The notes under the pieces were generated by a model. The model did not search any database and was not told where the DNA came from. It worked only from the letters and a program-made list of their open reading frames with translations. A stretch of 64,000 nt of DNA, from positions 384,001 through 448,000 of the forward strand of contig JBGAHS010000008.1 in NCBI GenBank assembly GCA_044226015.1. The letters are read 5' to 3'. The position numbers and the translations under genes are program-made. Origin of the DNA: Candidatus Obscuribacteraceae bacterium. GTDB lineage: Bacteria; Cyanobacteriota; Vampirovibrionia; Obscuribacterales; Obscuribacteraceae. How positions within the stretch are numbered: position 1 is the first letter of the stretch; each line of letters starts with the position of its first letter. Positions 27,789 to 38,466 of the stretch are shown here, in pieces.

Positions 27789-29249
27789 TCAAACTGCTAA
27801 ATAGACCTGGTTAAAAACCTTTTCCAGGGACTCGTGGATCTGTTGAGCAGCGCACTGTGCCGACTTTATGCAGTCGGGAAGCCCTACACCAACATATGAA
27901 TTTCCTGCAAGAAATATTCCTGGACTTAATAAAAGATCTTTCTCTATCGCAGCAACAAGCTTAGAATGCCCTACGGTGTATTGAGGAATTGCATTGTCAT
28001 AGCGCGACAAAACATGCATCTTTGGACGCCCTTCGATATCCAATAGTTTTTGCAACTCGGAATGACACAACTCAATAAGAGCATCATCATCAAGTTTCAT
28101 CGCATCGGCTTTCAATAATCCACCGGTAAAAATGCGCGCAACGAGCTCATCTTCACGCGAGCGCCCACTGAACTTATTGCTGCTGAAACTGCAAGCTGAT
28201 ATGAGCGTACCTTCAACACGTGGAACGACAAAACCGAATCCCTTTGGCTGCTTTTTGATTTGATTCCGCTTATAAACAAGATTCACAATCATGGCAGGAG
28301 ATCTGCGAATGCTTGTAAGTTTGTGCGACACCGATGGATTTATTTCACTGAGCATAAAACCAGCCTGATCGGCCGGCGTAGCAAACACAACAAAATCAGC
28401 ATCGTACCGGCTATTATCAGAGCACAGCACCGTCCACCTGTATGCATTTTTTGCTGCCATAACATGTGAAACTGTTTTTGATGTTTGTACGCAATTCTCT
28501 GGTAGCTCTTTGAGAATACTTTCAACCAGCAACGAAATTCCCTGGTCAAAGCTGGCTAAAATTCCATATCGAGGTCCAGCCGATGCCGTTGCTGCACGTT
28601 CTCGCTTTTTACCTTGCATCAATCCGCGAATAATACTTCCATATTTCTTTTCGAGTTGAACCAATTGCGGAATGGTGCTTGATGCGCTTAGAAATTCAGG
28701 GTCACCGCCGTAAATGCCGCCTATCATCGGCTCTGCGAGCTTGGTTAAGGCTTCTTGCCCAAGTCTTCTTTTGACAAAACTGGAGAGACTTTCATCATCT
28801 TGAGTCAAGTTTGCAGGCAAGATCATGTCCATTGCCATTCTCAATTTTCCTGAAATGGAAAATATATTGCTTTTTGCAAACGACCAGAGATCAGATGGAG
28901 CAATCATCATGAAGCCATCTGGAAGTGCATGAAGTTTTCCACTCAAGGAAACAAAACTACGTCGATTAGTTTCAGCAGTCGAGATAACCCTGTGCTTAAT
29001 TTGCAATTTCGCTGCAAGACTCAAAACCTCAGGTTTCAAGGTGCTGAATGATTCTGGTCCGCATTCTAATAAGAGATCATCTTGCTTGATTGTATTGATC
29101 ACGCCACCAGGTCGCGAAGACTTTTCGAGTATACGAATATTCATCTCCGGACATAAGCTCATGAGTTCGTAAGCGCATGCCAAACCAGAGATACCACCAC
29201 CAATGATGATAGTACTCAAAGCTTTTTTCTCAGACTGTAAGGGGTTCAT
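27789..29249 (-). CDS. hemG: Protoporphyrinogen/coproporphyrinogen oxidase (HemY-type flavoprotein)
   Basis: IIGGGISGLACAY, ECGPESF, EPMIGGIYGGD, GFGFVVP, AIPQYTVGH, GVGLPDC. Confidence 0.93.
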   Translation of the reverse strand: MNPLQSEKKALSTIIIGGGISGLACAYELMSLCPEMNIRILEKSSRPGGVINTIKQDDLLLECGPESFSTLKPEVLSLAAKLQIKHRVISTAETNRRSFVSLSGKLHALPDGFMMIAPSDLWSFAKSNIFSISGKLRMAMDMILPANLTQDDESLSSFVKRRLGQEALTKLAEPMIGGIYGGDPEFLSASSTIPQLVQLEKKYGSIIRGLMQGKKRERAATASAGPRYGILASFDQGISLLVESILKELPENCVQTSKTVSHVMAAKNAYRWTVLCSDNSRYDADFVVFATPADQAGFMLSEINPSVSHKLTSIRRSPAMIVNLVYKRNQIKKQPKGFGFVVPRVEGTLISACSFSSNKFSGRSREDELVARIFTGGLLKADAMKLDDDALIELCHSELQKLLDIEGRPKMHVLSRYDNAIPQYTVGHSKLVAAIEKDLLLSPGIFLAGNSYVGVGLPDCIKSAQCAAQQIHESLEKVFNQVYLAV

Positions 29250-29385
29250 AGCGTTCCAGTATATGACTGCCACAATCATTTGGTCTCATCCTTTCGGATG
29301 ATGAATGTTAACCATTCCGTAAGTAACTCACATACTCACTTAGGACGATTACGCACCAGTTGGGCGGTGACATAATAAACCATGA

Positions 29386-29409
29386 TAACTGGATATATTT
29401 GTCCAAATT
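29386..29409. promoter_or_regulatory. Palindromic operator, candidate Rrf2 site in the hemG/nar divergent promoter
   Basis: taactGGATA-tatt-TGTCCaaatt. Confidence 0.6.
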
Positions 29410-29439
29410 AAGATGGATAGCTGATTAAGGCTAGAGAAA

Positions 29440-30342
29440 ATGGATGTAACTCACGGTTTCGTGTCTTCAAAATTCAAGAAATTTCGCATGTCATATCGGC
29501 ACAGCTCGCGAAATAAAGTTGTAAAAGCTCTGCTGAGCGTCAGTTTTATAAGTAGTTGTCTGGTAGCACCTGCGGTGGCAGATGCAAATTCAGGCTCAGA
29601 CTTATTTCAAAGTAAATGTGCTGGTTGTCACACACTGGGAAAGGGCGCTCTTGTCGGTCCTGACCTTGCAGGAACCAAAACCTGGGATGACGAAAAGCTT
29701 AGCGGTGCAATCAAACGAATGGAGGGATCGGTCGGTCCTCTAGCAGCAAATGAGACCAGCGACCTGATTGCGTTCTTGAAAAATCCGCCTTCAGGCGATG
29801 CAGCAAAATCAACAGACGGCGCTCAAGCGACTGCTAGCGATTCTACTAAGAAACCTGCGGATGGGGCGCAAACAACGAGTAGCGAACAAGCAAACGCAGA
29901 GCCTGCAAAAGAAGCCCCCAAAGACGAATTACAAGCTCTGGGCTCAGCACTTGACGGAGAAATGCTATTTGATGGAAGAAAAGCGTTTTCGAATGGCGGT
30001 ATGTCCTGCAACGCATGCCATGTCGCTGGAGATAAAGGTGCAGGGCTGGGACCTGATCTGACAAAAATTTCCGAAAAAATGAACGATGCAGCGCTACTTG
30101 CTGCTTGCCAGCAAACACCATTCAAAGTCATGAAAGCCGCTTACGCCAGCCATCCAGTGACTAAGGAAGAAGCGGCCAGCCTTGTGAAATATTTCAATTC
30201 ACTGAAAGGCACACAATCTGCCCATGAGAAATTTCCAATTTCACTCTGTGGTGGTGCTGGCTCTCTCTTGATCCTTCTGCTAATCGCAGCAGGTTATAGA
30301 AACAGAAACAACGGCGTGCGCAAAAAGTTGCACAGGAGATAA
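29440..30342 (+). CDS. Membrane-anchored di-heme cytochrome c (NarC-like)
   Basis: Signal peptide; CAGCH..GPDL and CNACH..GPDL; C-terminal TM; ends 4 bp before narG. Confidence 0.88.
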   Translation: MDVTHGFVSSKFKKFRMSYRHSSRNKVVKALLSVSFISSCLVAPAVADANSGSDLFQSKCAGCHTLGKGALVGPDLAGTKTWDDEKLSGAIKRMEGSVGPLAANETSDLIAFLKNPPSGDAAKSTDGAQATASDSTKKPADGAQTTSSEQANAEPAKEAPKDELQALGSALDGEMLFDGRKAFSNGGMSCNACHVAGDKGAGLGPDLTKISEKMNDAALLAACQQTPFKVMKAAYASHPVTKEEAASLVKYFNSLKGTQSAHEKFPISLCGGAGSLLILLLIAAGYRNRNNGVRKKLHRR

Positions 30343-30346
30343 TCAA

Positions 30347-33300
30347 ATGACCTGGATCAAAGACATGTTTGCGCCTAAACAACGTCAATGGGAAGACATG
30401 TATCGCAATCGCTGGCAGTACGACAAAATTGTACGCAGCACTCACGGTGTAAATTGCACAGGCTCATGCAGCTGGAATGTCTACGTCAAAAACGGCATAG
30501 TCACCTGGGAACTTCAGGCGCTGGATTATCCAATCTTCAATAAAGAAATACCGCCTCATGAACCCAGAGGTTGTCAGCGAGGCATTTCATGCTCATGGTA
30601 TCTGTACAGCCCGCTGAGAGTTAAATACCCTTACATGCGCGGCGCGTTGATCGACCTCTGGAGAAAAGCAAGAGAAGAGCATCCTAATGATCCGATAGCG
30701 GCTTGGAAATCAATAGTTGAACATCCAGTCTCGCGCCAGAGATATCAAAAAGCCAGAGGAAAAGGCGGATTTCGTCGAATCAGCTGGGATGAAGTTCTTG
30801 AATTAATAGCTGCCGCAAATATACATACATTGCAAAAACATGGAAGCGATAGAATCGTCGGATTCTCACCAATTCCAGCAATGTCGATGCTGAGCTATGC
30901 GGCAGGCGCACGATTCCTGCAATTAATGGGTGGTGTCAACCTGTCATTTTATGATTGGTATTGTGATTTGCCACCAGCTTCTCCAGAAGTATGGGGAGAG
31001 CAGACAGACGTTGCAGAAAGCGCCGATTGGTTCCATTCAAAATTTGTTGCGACAGTTGGAAGCAACGTATTAATGACCAGAACCCCAGATGCACACTTCC
31101 TCGTAGAAGCAAGACACAGAGGTGCAAAAGTCGTTGTATTTTCACCTGACTTTTCCATGGTGTCAAAAATTGCTGATGAATGGGTGCCGATAAATCAAGG
31201 ACAGGACGGCGCCTTCTGGATGGCTGTAAACCACGTCATCCTGAAAGAGTACTTCATCGATAGGCAAGTAGATTATTTCCAAAACTATGTGAAGCGATAT
31301 AGCAATCTTCCATTTCTGGTGGAACTCAAGAAAACAACAGACGGCAAATATGAAGCAGGAAGACTTCTTCGAGCCAGTGAACTGGCAAGTACTGCAGGTC
31401 AGGAAAACGCAGAATGGAAAACATTTGTTCTCGATGCTAACACTGGCAAACCAGCTCAGCTAAAAGGAACCATTGGTCATCGCTGGCAGAAAAAGAAAGG
31501 CGAATGGAATCTCAAACTCGAAGATGACGAGACGGGCAAGCACGTCGACCCAGTCTTGCAACTTGGAATGCACGCAAATAAATTGGTCAACGTTGAACTT
31601 TCAAACTTCTCCGATGGCAGCAATGATCTCTTCGTTGAGAGACAGGTTCCAGCCATAGAATTAGAAAGTACTCAAGGACCTGTCATTGTCACCACTGCAT
31701 TTGAATTGTTGCTTGCTCAATATGGTGTACCAAGCGGACTAAAGGGCGACTATCCTGCAAACTATGAGGATGAAACCCTACCATACACACCAGCATGGCA
31801 GGAGAAGTTTACTGGCGTCAGAGCGGATATGGTCGTGAATTTCGCCCGCGAGTGGGCTCGCACAGCCGAGCTTAGCAAAGGCAAATGTAGCGTGATCATC
31901 GGAGCCGGTGTAAACCACTGGTATCACAATAACTTGATTTATCGCTCGATTATTACATCACTGGTGTTGTGCGGATGCGTCGGTGTCAGCGGCGGCGGAC
32001 TTAACCACTACGTCGGTCAAGAAAAATTGGTGCCACAAGCATCATGGGCACCAATAGCATTCGGCGGTGACTGGGTGGGTCCACCCAGACTGCAAAACGC
32101 CCCTTCATTTCACTACGTTCATTCAGACCAGTGGCGCTATGACCGCTCGTTCAACGAAATGTGCAACGTAGCAGACCCCGGGCACACCATGGCATCAGGT
32201 CACACCATTGACAAACAGATAATGGCAGTCCGAAATGGTTGGTTGCCTTGTTATCCACAATTCAATCGAAGCAATTTTGACCTCATTGATGAATCGATCA
32301 AAAATGGAGCATCGTCTGATGAGCAGATCATCAACTATACAGTTGATGCATTGAAATCACGCAAACTGAAATTCTCCATGGAAGATCCAAACAATCCGGA
32401 GAGCTTCCCCAGACTCTGGTACATCTGGCGTGGCAACGCAATTATGTCATCAGCGAAAGGGCATGAGTACTTTCTCAAGCACTACCTTGGCACGCACAAC
32501 AATCTTGTGTCAGAAGAACAGGCACAAGAATTTGTCAAGGAAGTGGTCTGGCACGACAAAGTCGAGTTGGGCAAGATGGACTTGATTGTGGACCTCAACT
32601 TCCGCATGGATACATCGGCTCTCTATTCAGACATCGTTCTGCCGGCGGCAACGTATTATGAAAAGCATGATCTTAACTCGACAGACATGCACACGTTCAT
32701 ACATCCATTGCAACCGGCTGTGCCACCATGTTGGGAGTCTAAGTCTGATTGGGATATTTTCAAAGCAATATCGCAAAAGACCTCCGAGTTGGCTAAAACT
32801 CACATGCCAGAGCCGCGAAAAGATCTTATGGTATCGCCTTTGATGCACGATACACCGGCCGAGTTGGCTCAGCCACACATAAAAGACTGGATGAAAGGCG
32901 AGTGCGAGCCCATTCCAGGAAAAACAATGCCCGGCATGAAAGTTGTGACGCGAGACTACACCAAGATTTATGACAAGTTCATTTCGCTTGGTCCAAATTT
33001 CCGCAACAATGGACTTGCCGTACATGGAACACACTATGATGTTGACGATCTTTATGACCAGTATTTGAAAGACCACCCGATTGAAGAATGGGGCGGCAAC
33101 AAATATCCATCATTGAAAGACGCATACAATGCTTGCAACATTATCTTGCATTTCGCCCCTGAAACAAATGGCGAGCTTGCATGTCGTGCCTATCAATCAG
33201 AATCGATAAAAACTGGCATTGATCACAGTCACCTGGCTGAAGATACGCGAAGCGTTCGAATGACCTTCGATGACTTAAAAGCGCAACCGCGCCGTGTTTT

Positions 33301-33979
33301 AACCAGCCCCTACTGGACTGGAATTACAGCCAATGGACGCACGTATTCTGCATACTGCCAGAACGTCGAAGAGCTGATTCCGTGGCGCACATTGACTGGA
33401 AGACAAGAAATATACCTTGACCACGAAGCGTACATCGCATACGGCGAAAATCTTCCGACATTCAAACCTCGAGCAGATGTTCATGCATGTTATGACTTGC
33501 AGAACTCGCCGAAAGAAAGTGCGTCGCTGACTCTCAACTATTTGACGCCACATGGAAAATGGCATATTCACTCAACATTCGGTGACACGCTGCGAATGAA
33601 AACGCTTTCTCGTGGCATCGAACCAATCTGGCTCAACGATAAAGATGCAGACATGGTCGGAATCGAAGATAACGACTGGGTCGAAATCTACAATGACCAC
33701 GGAGTTGTTTGCACACGAGCATGTGTTAGCGCACGCATTCCCCGCGGTATCAGCATGATTTATCACTCGCCAGAAAGAACCGCCACAGTTCCAAAATCAA
33801 AACAGCGAGGCGGGAAACGAGCAGGTGGACATAACAGTCTCACTCGCGCTCGACTAAAACCACTGTTTATGATTGGTGGTTATGCTCAATTCACATATGC
33901 GTTCAATTACTGGGGTCCTACTGGAATAAACAGAGACACCTTCGTGATTGTCAAAAAAATGGACAACGTGCAATGGTAG
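30347..33979 (+). CDS. narG: Respiratory nitrate reductase alpha subunit (short N-terminus, Thermus NarG/Nitrobacter NxrA-like)
   Basis: [49 protein letters not shown]; no Tat signal. Confidence 0.97.
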   Translation: MTWIKDMFAPKQRQWEDMYRNRWQYDKIVRSTHGVNCTGSCSWNVYVKNGIVTWELQALDYPIFNKEIPPHEPRGCQRGISCSWYLYSPLRVKYPYMRGALIDLWRKAREEHPNDPIAAWKSIVEHPVSRQRYQKARGKGGFRRISWDEVLELIAAANIHTLQKHGSDRIVGFSPIPAMSMLSYAAGARFLQLMGGVNLSFYDWYCDLPPASPEVWGEQTDVAESADWFHSKFVATVGSNVLMTRTPDAHFLVEARHRGAKVVVFSPDFSMVSKIADEWVPINQGQDGAFWMAVNHVILKEYFIDRQVDYFQNYVKRYSNLPFLVELKKTTDGKYEAGRLLRASELASTAGQENAEWKTFVLDANTGKPAQLKGTIGHRWQKKKGEWNLKLEDDETGKHVDPVLQLGMHANKLVNVELSNFSDGSNDLFVERQVPAIELESTQGPVIVTTAFELLLAQYGVPSGLKGDYPANYEDETLPYTPAWQEKFTGVRADMVVNFAREWARTAELSKGKCSVIIGAGVNHWYHNNLIYRSIITSLVLCGCVGVSGGGLNHYVGQEKLVPQASWAPIAFGGDWVGPPRLQNAPSFHYVHSDQWRYDRSFNEMCNVADPGHTMASGHTIDKQIMAVRNGWLPCYPQFNRSNFDLIDESIKNGASSDEQIINYTVDALKSRKLKFSMEDPNNPESFPRLWYIWRGNAIMSSAKGHEYFLKHYLGTHNNLVSEEQAQEFVKEVVWHDKVELGKMDLIVDLNFRMDTSALYSDIVLPAATYYEKHDLNSTDMHTFIHPLQPAVPPCWESKSDWDIFKAISQKTSELAKTHMPEPRKDLMVSPLMHDTPAELAQPHIKDWMKGECEPIPGKTMPGMKVVTRDYTKIYDKFISLGPNFRNNGLAVHGTHYDVDDLYDQYLKDHPIEEWGGNKYPSLKDAYNACNIILHFAPETNGELACRAYQSESIKTGIDHSHLAEDTRSVRMTFDDLKAQPRRVLTSPYWTGITANGRTYSAYCQNVEELIPWRTLTGRQEIYLDHEAYIAYGENLPTFKPRADVHACYDLQNSPKESASLTLNYLTPHGKWHIHSTFGDTLRMKTLSRGIEPIWLNDKDADMVGIEDNDWVEIYNDHGVVCTRACVSARIPRGISMIYHSPERTATVPKSKQRGGKRAGGHNSLTRARLKPLFMIGGYAQFTYAFNYWGPTGINRDTFVIVKKMDNVQW

Positions 33980-33995
33980 GCCGGAGGAGAATTTA

Positions 33996-35498
33996 ATGGA
34001 TATCCGAGCCCAGGTTTCAATGGTTTTTCACCTCGATAAATGTATCGGGTGTCACACCTGCAGCATCGCCTGCAAGAATGTGTGGACAGACCGCGCTGGT
34101 GCCGAATACATGTGGTGGAACAATGTTGAAACCAAACCAGGTACCGGTTTCCCAACACTATGGGAAGACCAGGAGCATTTCAAAGGTGGCTGGAAAATTG
34201 TAGGCAATAATGGAAAACGCAAGCTTGAATTGCGCTCGCAAGGCAAGCTAGACGCATTCTTGAAACTATTCTACAACCCAAATCAGCCCGGTCTTGATGA
34301 TTACTATGAACCATGGACATACAAATATAGTGATCTGTTTGATGCACCAGAAGGAGACGATCAGCCAACCGCCATTCCGATCTCACAGATCACCGGCGAG
34401 CCCGTCGATATCGTAGCTGGACCCAACTGGGATGACGACCTCTCAGGCTCAACCCTTTACGCAGAGAACGACATAAACCTCGATGCACTTTCAGACGAAG
34501 AGCGAGAACAATTGTTCGAAATTGAGCGCGTCTCGATGATGTATCTTCCGAGAATTTGCAATCACTGTGCAAACCCAAGTTGCGTAGCATCATGTCCTTC
34601 CGGTGCGCTATACAAGCGCGGCGAAGATGGCATCGTTCTTGTCAATCAAGAAATTTGCAAAGGCTGGAGAGCATGTGTAAGCGCCTGCCCTTATAAGAAG
34701 ATCTACTATAACTGGAAAACAGGCAAGTCAGAGAAATGCATTCTCTGTTATCCAAAATTAGAGACAGGTCAAATACCAAATTGCTTCCAGTCTTGTGTCG
34801 GTAGAATTCGTTATCTCGGTGTCTTGCTCTATGATGCTGACCAGATCGCCTCGTCAATGTCAGTTCCAGACGAAGCTCTCGTTGAATCACAAAGAAGTGT
34901 ATTTTGCGACCCTTACGATCCAAAAATCATCAAGCTTGCACGCGCTAACGGCATCAGCGAAGAATTCATCGAAGCTGCACAGAAATCGCCGGTCTACAAA
35001 TATGTAATGAAGTGGAAACTTGCACTTCCTCTGCATATTGAGTATAGAACGATGCCCATGCTCTTCTATGTGCCACCACTTCTTCCAGTAATGGGCAAGC
35101 TTGAGAACGGGCACTACGGCAATGTCATAGATGGTTTCTTCACGAGCCTGGAAAAATCTAGACTGCCAATTAAATACCTGGCGAAGTTATTTAGCGCAGG
35201 CAACACCGAACTTGTTGATGCTGTCATGAAGAAGCTAATGGCTGTGCGCTATTACAAACGCTCTCTCGACATGGGCGATGTTGATGTGGTTTCGATTAAT
35301 CGCATGATGAGAGAAGCCAACCTCACTCCGAAAGAAGCAGAAGAAATTTATGCTCTTACAGCACTTCCGACAGTTGATGAACGCTTTGTTCTGCCACCAC
35401 TTCAGAGGGAAGAGGCTGTCAACGGAACCTGTAATCCAGAAATATGCAAAGGCTCTTGCGGGCTAGGCATGAGCGTAACACCGGAGAGAGGACCATGA
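33996..35498 (+). CDS. narH: Nitrate reductase beta subunit
   Basis: LDKCIGCHTC, PRICNHCANPSCVASCP, CKGWRACVSACP, KCILC; RBS GGAGGAG. Confidence 0.97.
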   Translation: MDIRAQVSMVFHLDKCIGCHTCSIACKNVWTDRAGAEYMWWNNVETKPGTGFPTLWEDQEHFKGGWKIVGNNGKRKLELRSQGKLDAFLKLFYNPNQPGLDDYYEPWTYKYSDLFDAPEGDDQPTAIPISQITGEPVDIVAGPNWDDDLSGSTLYAENDINLDALSDEEREQLFEIERVSMMYLPRICNHCANPSCVASCPSGALYKRGEDGIVLVNQEICKGWRACVSACPYKKIYYNWKTGKSEKCILCYPKLETGQIPNCFQSCVGRIRYLGVLLYDADQIASSMSVPDEALVESQRSVFCDPYDPKIIKLARANGISEEFIEAAQKSPVYKYVMKWKLALPLHIEYRTMPMLFYVPPLLPVMGKLENGHYGNVIDGFFTSLEKSRLPIKYLAKLFSAGNTELVDAVMKKLMAVRYYKRSLDMGDVDVVSINRMMREANLTPKEAEEIYALTALPTVDERFVLPPLQREEAVNGTCNPEICKGSCGLGMSVTPERGP

Positions 35499-36037
35499 GC
35501 ACCAAAATCAAATTGAGCCTGTCTGAAAAAATGCGTGCACTGTCAGCGGTGCTGGAATACCCTCGTGAAGACTTCATTGTCCAGCTCGATGCAGCAGCCG
35601 AAGCTGTACACGACAACCAGCAAGCCAGCCTACTTTTGTCAGAATTCAGGTCAGCGATAAATAAACTTAAGCCGCATGAATTGGAAGAGCTTTACACAAG
35701 AACTTTCGACCTGGCGCCAATTTGCATTCCATATGTGAGCAGTCATATTTACGGGGATGAGAACTTCGAAAGAGGCGCTCTCATGAGCGGCTTGCAGCAA
35801 CAATATGAAGATTGCAAGTTCAGCACCAATGGTGAACTGCCCGACCATGTGGCAATTATCTTGCGCTTTGCTCCGAATTTCTCAGAAGAAGAGTTGCAAG
35901 ACCTTATGGAATTCTGTCTGATTCAGGCTTTGCAGCGTATGCACGAAGCGCTGAAAGAAGCGGACAATCCCTATCAACACATTCTACAAACAGTACTACA
36001 AATCACTGAGTCAGAACGGCGAGGAAAAATACTATGA
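35495..36037 (+). CDS. narJ: Nitrate reductase molybdenum cofactor assembly chaperone
   Basis: VLEYP, LYTRTFD, ERG, ELPDH; ATGA overlap with narH. Confidence 0.92.
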   Translation: MSTKIKLSLSEKMRALSAVLEYPREDFIVQLDAAAEAVHDNQQASLLLSEFRSAINKLKPHELEELYTRTFDLAPICIPYVSSHIYGDENFERGALMSGLQQQYEDCKFSTNGELPDHVAIILRFAPNFSEEELQDLMEFCLIQALQRMHEALKEADNPYQHILQTVLQITESERRGKIL

Positions 36038-37350
36038 CGGACACAATGTTCTTTATTGCATTGCCTTATCTGTCAATTTTTGTTTGTGTAGTTGGCAGCA
36101 TTCTGAGAATGCGAAGCTTACCGATGACGTACTCCTCACTTTCGTCGCAGTTCCTTGAAAGCAAGGCTCTGGTTTGGGGCTCAGTTCCCTGGCATATTGG
36201 TATCATAGGAATTGTGCTGGCACACTTTGTTGCATTCCTTTGCCCAGGGTTCTGGCAAATGTTGGTGGCACACGCGGTCGTAATGAAATCGATTGAGGCA
36301 ATTGGACTAACGTGCGCAATATGCTGTTTTGTCGGTCTCATCGTACTAGCAGTGCGTCGCATAAGTTCAGATCGCGTTCAAGCAGTAACAAGCCCGGTCG
36401 ATCTGCTAGTACTGCTTTTGCTTACGGTGCAAGTGGTGCTCGGCATCGCAGTTGCACTCTTACACCGATGGGGCTCAGCCTGGGCTGTTGGAACGGCAGT
36501 TCCCTACCTCTGGAGCTTGTGCCTCTTGCACCCGGACGTTAGCTATATTGCAGACCTGCCCTTGCTTGTAAAAGCACACATAGTGTTTGCCTGGCTGTTG
36601 ATCTTCCTGGTGCCATTCTCTCGCCTGATCCACATGTTCGCAGTGCCGCTGCAATACATTACGAGACCACCACAAAATGTTATCTGGAATAATTCCCGAC
36701 GCTCTGAAGCTGCAGCTGAGCAGTTTACAACGGAAGAGGCTAGACGAGATTTTCTCAAAGGTGGGGTTGGTATCACAGCAGGAACATTGCTTCTAACAGC
36801 TGGGGCTCTAGATAAAATGTTCGCGTTCTTCTTTGGTCCTCGCTTGAGTAAAACTGAGGAAGAAACGCTGATGGCAGAAAAAATCAAGCGCCTTGGCTCA
36901 GACACAGAGCAGCGTCGTCTTGAGTTAGAGAGACAGAGCAGTAAGTTCATTCTAGTTGCAGCAATGAGCGAACTGAGTAAGTCCGAAGGCAAATACTTCA
37001 TTGATTACGCGATGAACCCGGCATTAGCCTTTGCTGGCGAAGACGGAATGCCCATACTCATTTCAGCAAAATGTACTCACCTTGGTTGCACAGTCGGAAA
37101 TCAATTGAATAAGGAAGGCAAAATTCTCTGCCCATGCCATGTTTCCTTCTTCGACATTAAGACTGGCGAACCCAATGCAGATGCCCCAGCGAAAACACCG
37201 CTACCATTCTTGTGCTGGTCGATTATGGACAAGATTGGAAACATGGTCGCCAGCCGTGATGAGAAGGGTCAAATTAAAGGTGATACCAGCGCTGATGCAA
37301 TCAAAGACTGCAATCTCTATGTTTGTAAAAGCGAAGAGGTGAAGGCATGA
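36034..37350 (+). CDS. narI: NarI (di-heme b membrane anchor) fused to a twin-arginine TM-Rieske [2Fe-2S] domain
   Basis: SSLSSQFLE, WHIGI..LAHF, KAHI, PFSRLIHM (four heme His); then ARRDFLK plus TM; CTHLGC and CPCH.S.F Rieske boxes, all in one frame. Confidence 0.93.
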   Translation: MTDTMFFIALPYLSIFVCVVGSILRMRSLPMTYSSLSSQFLESKALVWGSVPWHIGIIGIVLAHFVAFLCPGFWQMLVAHAVVMKSIEAIGLTCAICCFVGLIVLAVRRISSDRVQAVTSPVDLLVLLLLTVQVVLGIAVALLHRWGSAWAVGTAVPYLWSLCLLHPDVSYIADLPLLVKAHIVFAWLLIFLVPFSRLIHMFAVPLQYITRPPQNVIWNNSRRSEAAAEQFTTEEARRDFLKGGVGITAGTLLLTAGALDKMFAFFFGPRLSKTEEETLMAEKIKRLGSDTEQRRLELERQSSKFILVAAMSELSKSEGKYFIDYAMNPALAFAGEDGMPILISAKCTHLGCTVGNQLNKEGKILCPCHVSFFDIKTGEPNADAPAKTPLPFLCWSIMDKIGNMVASRDEKGQIKGDTSADAIKDCNLYVCKSEEVKA

Positions 37351-38453
37351 ACTCAAGTTCCTCAAACCAAATCAGTAAATTTGGCGAGTTTCTCGCTTCA
37401 AGATTTCCAGTAGAAAAAATGGACTTCCACCACATGGTGGCGCAAAAAGAAGTACCTGTCCACAAAATGACATGGGGCTACTACACTGGTGGATTGACAC
37501 TGTTCTTTCTGGTAATTCAGGTAATTACAGGGCTCTTGCTTTTGTTTTACTACCAGCCTACGACCGCTTTCGCGCATCTGTCTGTTGAATACATAACGAA
37601 GCACGTTGCCGGTGGTGCGCTTATAAGAAATATGCATACATGGTCTGCCTCAGCCATGATATTTTTTGCAATGGTGCATTTGCTCACAGCTTTTGCGATG
37701 AAATCTTTTGAGAAACCCAGAGAGATAACATGGATAGTTGGGGTTCTCTTACTCTTCATAACATTCGTTTTCGGCTTTACAGGTTACCTCCTTCCATGGA
37801 ATCAGATCGCGGTAAATGCGACCAAGGTTGGACTGCAGTCAGTGGAAGAAGTGGGCAATTATCTACCGGGCGTGGTGTCTCAATTACCACATATTTTCCG
37901 AGAAACTTTCCAGGGTGAAGCGAGTGTTGGACAGTCAACTCTGGGACGATTCTATGCCATGCACGTAGTGCTACTTCCGCTCGCGCTCTTCGGCTTGTTG
38001 GGCATACATCTGCTTTCTGTACAGCTGCACGGAATGAGCAAAGGCGTCGATGAACCAGGCAAGAGAACCGAAAGATTCTTTCCATTTTTCGTCTTCAAAG
38101 ACCTTTCATTGTGGGCAGCCATCTTCTTAATTCTGCTCACCCTTTCATGGTGCATTCCATTTGACTCATTCCTGCCGTTCCCACTTCTAGAGCCTTACAA
38201 TGCACTGGGCTCAACCCCACAGGGTATCAAACCAGAATGGTATTTCTTCTTCCTGTATTACCCTCTGGAAATGCTGCCCTTCTGGTTGATATTGCTTCTC
38301 ACAAATGCCGCTGTAATCGTGCTTCTTCTCGCTCCGTGGATCTTCAAGGGCACAAGCAGAACAACATTACGCTGGATAACAGTTGCCGCAAGCGCCTACT
38401 TAGTGATCATGACGCTATTCGGCGAGCAAATTTATCACCTCGTTAAACATTGA
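37347..38453 (+). CDS. Cytochrome b of a Rieske/cytochrome b complex (unsplit b6+subunit IV-like)
   Basis: QVITGLLL, RNMH...VHL, FTGYLLPW, TLGRFYAMH...IHL, IKPEWYF; ATGA overlap with narI. Confidence 0.93.
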   Translation: MNSSSSNQISKFGEFLASRFPVEKMDFHHMVAQKEVPVHKMTWGYYTGGLTLFFLVIQVITGLLLLFYYQPTTAFAHLSVEYITKHVAGGALIRNMHTWSASAMIFFAMVHLLTAFAMKSFEKPREITWIVGVLLLFITFVFGFTGYLLPWNQIAVNATKVGLQSVEEVGNYLPGVVSQLPHIFRETFQGEASVGQSTLGRFYAMHVVLLPLALFGLLGIHLLSVQLHGMSKGVDEPGKRTERFFPFFVFKDLSLWAAIFLILLTLSWCIPFDSFLPFPLLEPYNALGSTPQGIKPEWYFFFLYYPLEMLPFWLILLLTNAAVIVLLLAPWIFKGTSRTTLRWITVAASAYLVIMTLFGEQIYHLVKH

Positions 38454-38466
38454 GCGGAGCCAGGAA

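Noticed and set aside
29280..29440. FNR/CRP box at the nar promoter
   Set aside because: No convincing TTGAT-N4-ATCAA or TGTGA-N6-TCACA found by eye.
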